Shown: positions 53,797 through 64,000 of the stretch, one piece after another | How positions within the stretch are numbered: position 1 is the first letter of the stretch | How the letters are laid out: the number at the start of each line of letters is the position of its first letter | From: Chrysomallon squamiferum | Taxonomy: Eukaryota; Animalia; Mollusca | DNA length: 64,000 nt | Assembly (NCBI GenBank): GCA_012295275.1 | Contig: CM022673.1 | Span: 22,878,001 to 22,942,000, forward strand | Reading direction: 5' to 3' | The notes under the pieces: generated by a model | Database searches by the model: none | What the model was told of the DNA's origin: nothing | Seen by the model: the letters and a program-made list of their open reading frames with translations, nothing else | Translations under genes and position numbers: made by a program

Positions 53797-56700
53797 TAAA
53801 CAGCATTTTCAATCTTCTTTCAGTTTGTGTTTGTTTTGTTTTTAAATAATAATGCATGTGAATTATTAAATATATTAAATAACAATATAATAAACAAATT
53901 GTTTAGATATAAATATAAAAAAAAAAATGAACACAAAATTAAAAAACAGAATATTCTTGATGTGCTGAGACAAAACAGCATCTTAAAAGTTTAAATAACT
54001 AACATAACTATTTGCCATTTAAAAGTTTTCTTTTTCTTATTAACACTTTTCATTCTTGTTTTCTACAAAAATATCCTTATAAATCATGGTTCTTCATTAA
54101 CAAATCAATATCATGATGAAATCTTCTGACCAGTAAAATATTAAAATCATTATTAATAATTTTATCATCCATTACTTACGAACAAAAATCACCTGTGAAC
54201 ACATATAACCATTAACCTATATATTTTTTTAAAATAATTTTAAATATTTCATAAATATTTAAAAATTAAACTTTTAACAGTATTTAATTAAATAGAAAAT
54301 TTACTGTAGCTAATTATATTGGAATTCCATCAAAATCAGGCTTTGTAACTGTTAAAATAAAAATGAACTTTTTTTTTGAAAGAAAAAGGTAATAATAATA
54401 ACAACAATAATAGTAAAGAAACGAGTGAAAATTTCAAAAATAATGACATAGCATTAAGCAATAATTAAATAAATATACTGATGAATATGAATCTGGTTTT
54501 ATAAGATATACAAAGTGTAACAGTGAGAGAGAGAGAGAAAGACAGAAAACATCTACATGAACTATTTCAAAATGATCTGCTTTTTTTTTGTTTACAACTT
54601 GTAGCAGATAAATACTATACTTGAGAATACTGGGTTATAAATGAAATACTACTCAAATTACCTGGTGCAGTTTAACTGTATGGTCCACAATAATTAATAT
54701 AAAAATCAACATTTGCCATAGGTATCAAATGTGTTATATTATTACACTATTTAATAAAAAAGCATGGGTATTAACTATATTATTATTATTTTTTTTTTTT
54801 TTTTGAATTTTTTGGTAATATTTCAGAATACTAGATGAAATAGCTTGAATGTTATATTGAAAACACATTTAAAATAATTAATGATGTTCTTTGAAACAAA
54901 CAAAACAAAAGTCATATACACACTAGGTTTGTAAAGAATATTTAATGAGCAATAACACAAAGTACATTTTTATTTTAAAGTGGTATGATCTAATATTGAG
55001 TACCAACATAATTATAACTTATTTAACTTTAATGAAAATGAGAATAAGTGACTGAATTTCTAATGCTAAGTTCCATATTAAAAATAGGCATTTATTAATC
55101 GTAAAAGCAAATGAAAAAGTTTTATTCTTACAAATTATCTGAGAAAAAGATGAATTCTTTATTGAGAATTCTAAATAAACTTTTCACTGTCTGAAGTTAA
55201 ACATGAAAATAGGAACACTATGCTTTAATTACAGAAAGATCAACAGATTTGAGTTAACTTATTTTTGTCCAGATACTGGGAAAATCTGATGAAGTTAATT
55301 CTATTATCAAAATCTGAACATCACTTTTTGTTCAAATCATTTGAAGTTCTAATGTAACAAATAATAATCTGAGATGTCATAATTCACACATAAAGTTCAA
55401 CCAATCAGTATCATATCCATTTTTAATTGTTCTCTATTCATTGGTGCTATCACGATTGTTTATATCACTCAAATCACAGTACAACATTAATTATCCTTGA
55501 TTAATTACCATTAAAGATTTATGCTTTTATAATGAATTACCCTTCCAACATCTAAACAATGGTAATTAGGACAGATTGTATGAGATGTAATTCAAGCCAT
55601 ATGAGAAATAAACCTGTCACAATTTTTAAATTAACCGGGTAAAATCATTGAAGCATGTGTAAAGATTGTATGTGTATATATAAATACATTATGTTTTAAC
55701 CAGATTCTTTTACTTATAAACAAATAAAGATATCGATAAAATAACAATATAAACATTTTTTTTTCATCACACTCATTCTATTTTAAAGTTATTTATTTTG
55801 AGAATATTTTAAGTCTGTGCTGATGAAAATGTATTAATGCTTAAAAAATTCTCATGCAAATAACCAGAAAGGTTATAAAATATTTGATGAGAAAAGAAAT
55901 ATATCAAATGACACAATAAATAATAGAAGAAAATATTATGTCACAGACAGATATACAAATCTGATTTAAAAGTGAAATTGATTATAAAAAGATTGTAAAG
56001 AATTGTAAATAAAAAAAAAAAAAAAAAAAAAATTAAGCAATCTACATATAGGAAACCAAAACTGTTAAATGCAAAACGGTAAAAAAACAATATACAAGAT
56101 TACAAATTATAAAGACAAGGTTTCATAAAAATAGTGAAAAATAAGCATACAGTAGATCAAAATTGAGTTATGCTGTTAATATGAAATATATACAAACAGA
56201 AATTCTTACAGTTTCTCTCACAAAACTACAGTACAGTAATACTAAAACCACTTAACACATGGAAATCACAATAAACTGCTTCTACCCCAACAACATTACT
56301 GTGCAGTCTTACACAATACTGAACACATTAAATACTCATCTGACACTTCATTCCTATTACAAACCTTTCTACTTTCTTTATGACAGAAACACTTATAAAC
56401 TGAATGTAAAAAAGACAGTAAAAATACTAAACTGCGTAGTTCATAAAGGTAAATATTCATAAGATTTTGATGGTTTTCTTTTTTCAGTTTTCCTACATCT
56501 GCTACAAACCAAAAATAATATTACTGAAGTTTGTTATTATTATCATTATTAACAAGAACAATATGCTTAATGTCTCAGAACGAAGTTAGGGATGTATTAA
56601 TTCAACACTTACTTAAATCTGTTGATCTATTTAGTTGAAGCTTATAATATAAATCTGATAGTAGTAGAAATTCATTCTGGTTCTCAACTAAATGCAAGAG

Positions 56701-57094
56701 ATATTTGGCCACCACATGAATAATTTAATTTTATGTTCTTAACCCAATTACAGGTAAATTCCATCTGTTACATTTCAAAACAAAAAGCAAGTTGACAAAG
56801 AAAACATTAAATGGAATATTTTTGTTAATTTAACAATGGCAACTCACAGGATAAATTAGACAAAACAAGTCTGTAATAAATCCTGAAAACTAGCTTTCAT
56901 CACAGAAGATTGTCTATTCATAGAAACCCCACCCCAAATTTTATTATTTTTAAAACATTACATACTAAATACTCAAAAACCTTCACAAAATAATCATTCC
57001 CGATGCAATAATTCAAAAAAGAAACATTTCAGTGAATTACACAGGATACTAATGTTGGAATTATTTTTCAGTGTTTGCCCTGAGAACTGTCTCG

Positions 57095-60000
57095 TCAACT
57101 TCCATCTTCAGAACCGTAAGTGGGTTTGCTGTCAGCACTGAGAGTTGTCGATTCAGTGGGAGCAGGCATTGGAATAGCATGGCTCTCATTGAGGTTGGAA
57201 CCTTCAGGCTGGGATGTCACTGGAGATCCTTCAGGAGTGCTGCTGTACTCCTCCTAAACAAAATAAACAAAATACACAGCATTAACAGAGTTTTAGTTTC
57301 TGTTAATGATATTAATAACAAAAGAAAAAAAAATTTAAAAAAATTAAAAAAAATTAAAAAAAGGCTGTATGAAAAGTGATTAATAACAAGATACTTTTTC
57401 TTTCAGATATTTTGAATATTTTGTAAAAACAAGCTATAATATCACATTAAATTTTTTGTATTAAAATTTTCACACAAAGATTTCATTAAAAAATAAAAAT
57501 CAAAATAAAACAACTTTTAAAAAAAATTAAATCTATATGATTACCTTGATTTGTTTTAAAGTTTTAAAATTTGTAATTATGATTTCTGGAATATGTTAAA
57601 ACAAACAACTAAATGAGTCCCTAAAATGTGAAATCCTAATACCTAATGTATTTAATTTTTTCTGTCATTGCTTTCAAATATATTTCAATGTTTACATACT
57701 CTTGTTTCAAATTTTACGAACACTTTTAATTCAAAGCATAGTTTATTAAAGAAGTTTCAGAAACAAGTAAGGATAAGAAAGAGAAAAAAACATTCATTGG
57801 GAAGACAGGCATGTTATTTTCCAGTTAATAACAACAACCATGCATCACAGACATTCAACTTGCATATAATATACTAGAAAAACCATGCAAAAATAATAAT
57901 AATAAAATAAATATATATATACACAGTCAACTTAAAATGCTTGTGCAAAAATAAGCAGCGATGAATTTGGATTTTAAAGTATATATACATTTTATTTTTT
58001 TTTTTTTTTTTTTTGAGGAAAGCGTTTAAAATTTAGTGGCAAGTAAAAAAAAAAGCATGCAATTGTTCTTCCACCTATTGCTTAACAAATGAAATATTCA
58101 GTATATTTTTTTCTGAGTTAAAGAGTACAAAATGAGTATTAGCATTGTTCTAGCATACCCTTTCTTCTCTGTTGGTGTTTAAATCCTGTTCTCCCTGCAA
58201 GTTAAACAACAGCTTGTTGGTGAAAGTAACACACAGTTTTAGTTAATGCTGACTCATACATGTCTGTGCAAATAGTGTACAGGATGAGGTGCAAAATTCC
58301 CAAAACAAGACTCGCATCAGACCAAAGGAATAAAAATAACTGGGTTGTTTCCTTTTTGTTGTGTTAGTTTTTCAAAAGAACAGACTGTTTTCTAGTACAG
58401 GTCATACAAATGTTAATTTAGAATGCCACTATAATTGTAATAAAACATTACATACAACCACAGAGGATACTCTTCAAAATAAAGGCAAAACAGATGACTA
58501 TTTCTCTGTTCTGAAATTCAGCATGGAAAATGCAGTATTTCTCAGACCTTACTGAGTAAAACCCACCAAAATAAGACATGATAAACATTTTTAAAATATA
58601 CATTACAAACTTAAAATACTTGATTTATCTCAGTAACACAAAATTTGTCAGTAAATAATGTTTTGTAGCTTGGCCATTATATCATACAGAAAGTTAAGAA
58701 CAAAGTCTGAGTTCAGTTATATAATACATACATTCTGAATGAGCTAACTTCAGTCACGTCATTTTATTGAATAGTTTTGTGTTAACATATGTCTGTTTAT
58801 TGAGCAACTTAAATTAGTACATGCCTTGTCCTGAACAGATTAAATTGATATATGCCTATTTATTAATCAAATTGGTACATGCCTTTTCAGTTAAAGTGTT
58901 AGATTAGTACATGCTTATTTGTTGAGTGTGGTGAATCTATGAAATTAAAAAATATTTGTATATAATATCAGAGGGTTTATTTATTGAACAAATGAATTTT
59001 GTAAACCACTATGGTCCTAGATGAAACAATCAGTTGATGACTAAATTGATTTAGTGTTTAAAGATGATTGGGTTTTGTTTACACAGCACAGCAAAAAAAT
59101 GTATTTCCTGAATTAATTGTTCTGGTAAAGTATCTGTCCATTCAACTGGTTTGATACAAGCTTATTTGTTGAATCTGTTTTTGGAAAATGGCTGTTTCTT
59201 GGACTGGATTGGTAAATATGTTTGTTGAATTCAGTAACATGTGCATGTTTATAGGAACAATGGGGATGTCAACATCTTAAATGGGCTGAGGTGATGTGTT
59301 TCTGCTGACTAGACTAGGCTGGTGCTGGTGTTCAGATTGAATACATGGTAGCAAATGGTTCAAGCTGTTTTAGAGTTGACTGCATATTAAATGTGTCAGT
59401 GTACTAACATGTAAATGCATGAATGTAACATGTGTATGCAATATCAAAACACAATATCCAAAAACCATAATGCAACAAAACAGAATAACAAAAGAAGCAA
59501 ATGATAAAATAACTATAACAAAATTAGTTATAAAAGTCAAATTAAATAAACTGTAAACAACATAAAAATAATAAGTATAAATACCCATGCAAATTCTTGA
59601 AAACACATACACACAAATACACAAAGCTTTTTCTTTAAATAAATATCTATTGATTTCATTAATATACTGAAATAGAAGCATTTTATCAAGGCATGTATCC
59701 AAAATATATTTACTTTATTCAGTTTATATTAAAAACTGAACATCTGTTCTATCAGTAAACCAACATATTTTAATTTAAAACATTTTTTTTTTTTTTTTTT
59801 TTTTACGTTATTGGTACTTTTCTTTGGAGACTGGAAACTATGTTTTTCACTAAATATCATACTCTAAATACAGGACTGTATCTAAATATTAATGGTATAT
59901 TTCAGGTTATTGTTTGTTTCACTGGTCAATTGGTGTTGGTTAATTTTTTGGTTTTTTTTGCTTTTTTAATAAAACAAGGGAAATAATTCATCTGCTATTT

Positions 60001-61509
60001 TATCTAAAAGTAAAATCAATCCAATGTGGCTGTGGAAAAGGATTTCCATAAATTTTGCTGTGCTATTTCATTCAAAATACACCACCCCTTTTGGTTTAAA
60101 CATAAATTGAAAAAATAAAAAAATGAAAAATAATAATAATAATAAAAGTTTTGATGGCTAATGCTTTTTGCAATCAAACAAGTAATATTAATGGCCAAAT
60201 TATTTTTTCTAAATCCAACATTCATATATGGTTAGAGTGATGAAAATAATTTATGATCTGTTCAGTATTTTATACATTTTGTAATATATTACACTATTAT
60301 ATGCTAATTTTTAAATCAGACTTTGTGCCTTTTTTGGAGAGAACAAAAGCAGACATACATGTAAATTTGCATATTCCCCTTCATCTTCTGGAGGCTGTGG
60401 ACGACACTTTCCACAGCAGAAGTTGCAACACATGAAACAGCAGCAACAACAGTAACATCCTGTCAGGAAGCAACACACAATAGCCAGAGCCTGAAAAAAT
60501 AAATGCAAATATTTTTTATTAAAATATTAAGCAACACTATTAAATTAAATTGAAGAATGTGTTTATCTTTGTTTTTTTCACTATACTGTAATCTAATTAT
60601 ATTTATGTTTGGGGTTTTTTTGTTGCTTTTTTCTTCCTCTTTTATATTTTTATTTTTATTTTTTTTCTGTAATTATTTCAGTTCATGCAATCAATAACTG
60701 AAGTAGAATAAGGTTTTCAGACCAATCACTTCAGCTTGAAGCCAGCCATCTTGGGAATATTCTTTGATATCACAACACAGGGCTGATATTATTAAAGTAT
60801 TATTATCTGTGAGGCTGGCATTTTAAATTTAGTTTACACTGTGTCTAACAATGAAATTAAATTAAAAATACATTTTTTATAAACAGTATATATGAACACT
60901 ATAAAATAAATTTCAGCCAAAGTTACAAATATTAATTTTGATTATATGGTAAGTAATGGGACTTTTACAAACTTTCATTGTTTTACATATTCATCTTAGT
61001 ATAAGAATCTATAAAATTAACTTAATGTAATTTGAAAAACTTCATAAATAGACTGCAGTTTTATTTTATAAACATATTACATAATTTACTAATTTTTATT
61101 TCCAGTAAGGGAAATTCTCAAGAACTATCCACCAGCAGAATATATTTTTCATATAAACAAAGAGAAAGTTATTTTTTTAATACTTGCCTTGCACCATCCA
61201 CTCGTTAGGACAAGATATGTGTTGACATTTTCTTCACCAAACTGCTCTGCAGCATATATACCTAGAGACCCGTATCTGTCATAGATTCCTCTGCGTGTCG
61301 AATCAGTAAGTATTTTGTGTGCTCTGTTAATTTCTTTAAACTGTAAATAATAGATGGATAAACAGAGAGAGAAGAGAGAGAGAAAACAAGATAAAGCAAG
61401 ATACAGAGAGGAGGAAGAGAGAGACAGACCGACAAATAATAATTTCACATGGAAGAAGTCATTAAATTGATTATGGATGTAAACCTGAACAAAGCAGTTA
61501 ACAAAACAA

Positions 61510-61568
<59 letters not shown>

Positions 61569-62424
61569 ACAAACAAACAAATAAATAATATGATATTTAA
61601 CCAATACTGATGTTAAATTGAACTTGATATTTTTAAAATAATTAAACAACAAATTTCTATAGTCTGTAAGTAACTACATTTAGTAATTTTTTTTCAATAA
61701 TTTCTCTTTAATATGTATTTTTTACATATTTATTCTTAATAACATTAAAAGGAAAATTTGTCTTTACACAGCATTAAAAAAACAAGTTATAATTAATTTT
61801 TTTTTTTCCAAACAATATAAACGAATGCTACATTAATTACTTTATCAGCTGCTTCAGGGTTATCAGGATTTTTGTCAGGGTGAAACCTGAGTGCAAGCTG
61901 TAAAAATAAAAATTAAAAACAGTTATATTAATAACATTTTTATCGGAATGCAGCACGAAAAGCAAGAATGAATGAAAAAATTACAAAGAACTGAAACAAA
62001 AGCAAATGGGAACAATTTGTTTACAATTAGCTTTGAATAAATAACAAACCAGAATACTGTACAAGAATCTGACAAACAAACATCTGCTTTTCATACTAAT
62101 GCTGTAATAATACAAAATATTTTTCTTACAAAAGTGCATTTATAATAATATGTATTTTAGACCAAAAGAACAAAATTAATAATAGTTTTGTATTTTGTAT
62201 AAATGTGTTTTCCACTAAATTCTGTTTAATAAATTTAGAAAAATAATATTAATATTTAAAAAGTATACAATTTTTGTGATCTCAGTGAAAGATGAATGAT
62301 GTGAAATTTAATTACATGCATGTTTTACATTTTCACACTTACCTTTCTGTAAGCTTTCTTGATATCATCTCCTGTGGCACCTTTTGGCACTTCCAGTAGT
62401 TCATAAAGTGATTCACCTGACTTT
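57095..62424 (-). CDS. DNAJC5: Cysteine string protein (DnaJ subfamily C member 5), 5'-partial
   Basis: Exons 62424-62343 ([10 protein letters not shown]...KKAYRK), 61897-61841 ([19 protein letters not shown]), 61340-61188 (FKEINRAH...GWCK), 60490-60359 (cysteine string), 58194-58159 ([12 protein letters not shown]) and 57253-57095 (EEYSS...YGSEDGS*) have consistent phases. J-domain HPD motif and [19 protein letters not shown] are present. The ATG exon was not located. Confidence 0.95.
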
Positions 62425-64000
62425 CTATAAAAAAAAAATAAAAATTTAACATTAATTACATTCTTTAACAGATATTATAATACCACAAACTGAAACAGTT
62501 ATTATTACAAAGATTATTATTTATTAAGTTTTGTTCAGACATTTTTTTAATCTTAATAAGTTTTTGATGTTTTGTTTTTGGTTTGTTTTTATTTTTGGGC
62601 TTGTATTATTTTGTGGACTTTTTTTTTTTTTTTTTTTTTTTTCTTATGTTTTTTTTTAGGCAGGGCAGATGCAGTTTTATTTTTCCAAATAATAATAATA
62701 GGAATAGGAATAGGAATGTGGATATCAGTGAATTAAAAATAAACACCAAAATGTGGTCACATTTATCTGCACAGATCCAATGCACAATAGCCACACCATA
62801 TATCCTACTCATTGTTTTATGTGTTGCATAATCTTTAAATCAAGTCATTGTTCTGAATAGGTTAGGTTATAGCCATCAGTATTTTGCCACAATCAAACAT
62901 ATTGATTGTCTAGTTCTTCTAAATCAGGAAACAAAAAGAATAATACAAACAATTAACAGTCAAATGACAGCACTATAAATATTCCGTTTTTCACTAATAT
63001 TTCTAGACAGTGGCAAAATGAAATCATAAAAATATTATGAATTTATTATTTTTATATATTGTCATGTGATGTTTACAACCTGCATAATAGTGCTTTCATC
63101 CACCCACACACACGAATACATAAACCTCACATATATACACATACATACATACATACGAATACATATGCTTCATACATACACTGATATATATATATATGTA
63201 TGTATGTGAATACATTTATATTTCACATGTATATACATATACATACATACACACAAACACATATACACATATTTAATATTTGAAAGATGTCAAGAAATTA
63301 ATATTCTTTTCTTATTTTCTTCTTCGTTTCTCTTTCGAGCTCTTTTGAGTTCTTTCTTTTTTCTTTCTTTTCTTTTTTGTAATATTACAAATTCATTCAA
63401 AAAGGCATACAGAACCTGTGGACCAGGGATGGTATCAAAATGAAACTTACATGTAAGCAAATTAGTCCTTGATTTGATGTCACAAAACATTATTTAACCA
63501 AGTAAGTTCAATATATAAAACAGTGAAATAAATGTACTATTTGAGCTGTTGATATTTTAAAGAATTTCTGACTAGTTTTGTATCAAATGACAATCTGCTA
63601 GTTAAGTAGATCTTTATCACATGGTTACATATGAATATAGTTGTTCATATTATTTACATTTAATATGAGTTTAATAAATATATTTGTTCCCAGGATTCCG
63701 TTAACCATCAGCTGAAAAGAACATTTCTTCATTAAGCTTGTTTCTACCTTTCAAAAACTATAAAAATTTATGCCGAAAAAAAAAAAAAAAAAAAAAAAAT
63801 TGGTATATTCAGTTCTATACATTAATATTAGATTGTTTTAAAAGACTGATCAAAATATTCTAAATAAAAATTTCTAATTTTAAGGTTTGTTAATTTTGAT
63901 ATTTAAAATTTGTTCTAGGAAAAGAAAATTTTAATATTGTAAAAAACAAAAAATAAAAAAATAAAAAATCTTTCACAACATGTCACTATGATCTCCACAT

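Noticed and set aside
59275-59385. Possible alternative terminal exon of DNAJC5 ([15 protein letters not shown])
   Set aside because: Weak polypyrimidine tract and no homology support.
63446-63460. GTAAGT donor as the end of the DNAJC5 start exon
   Set aside because: Splicing would give ATA rather than a CSP-like N-terminus and no suitable in-frame ATG is evident; the start exon is probably outside the window.

Overview
This is AT-rich, microsatellite-dense eukaryotic DNA with spliceosomal introns. Gene content suggests an invertebrate, most likely a mollusc and possibly a cephalopod (inference). (1) 1-7605: a tandem array of ~490-bp units (15 near-complete plus 1 partial) whose core folds into a 64-nt hairpin followed by a T-run. 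(2) 7.6-37.7 kb: three paralogues of a secreted PAN/Apple-(Sushi)-GON gene. The + copy (25988-31942, 6 exons, 379 aa) and the - copy lacking the Sushi exon (17918-20302, 5 exons, 314 aa) are intact; the + copy at 9117-12893 has lost exons. The eroded copy is part of a larger duplicated cassette (7606-16480 vs 22563-37700) that also carries the flanks and promoter of the neighbouring GPCR. (3) 34.9-49.1 kb: a cluster of single-coding-exon, TAAR-like aminergic class A GPCRs. It has one intact gene, one with a 1-bp frameshift, and four decayed 5' fragments, three of them inverted. Five copies of a GC-box/TATA/5'UTR-exon module accompany the family, one of them in the duplicated cassette. (4) 57-62.4 kb: DNAJC5/cysteine string protein on the - strand, with a GC-AG intron and a 36-nt microexon; its first coding exon was not found. 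Several MITEs and a tRNA-derived element are also present. Most listed ORFs are microsatellite artefacts. All calls were made by eye, without database searches.
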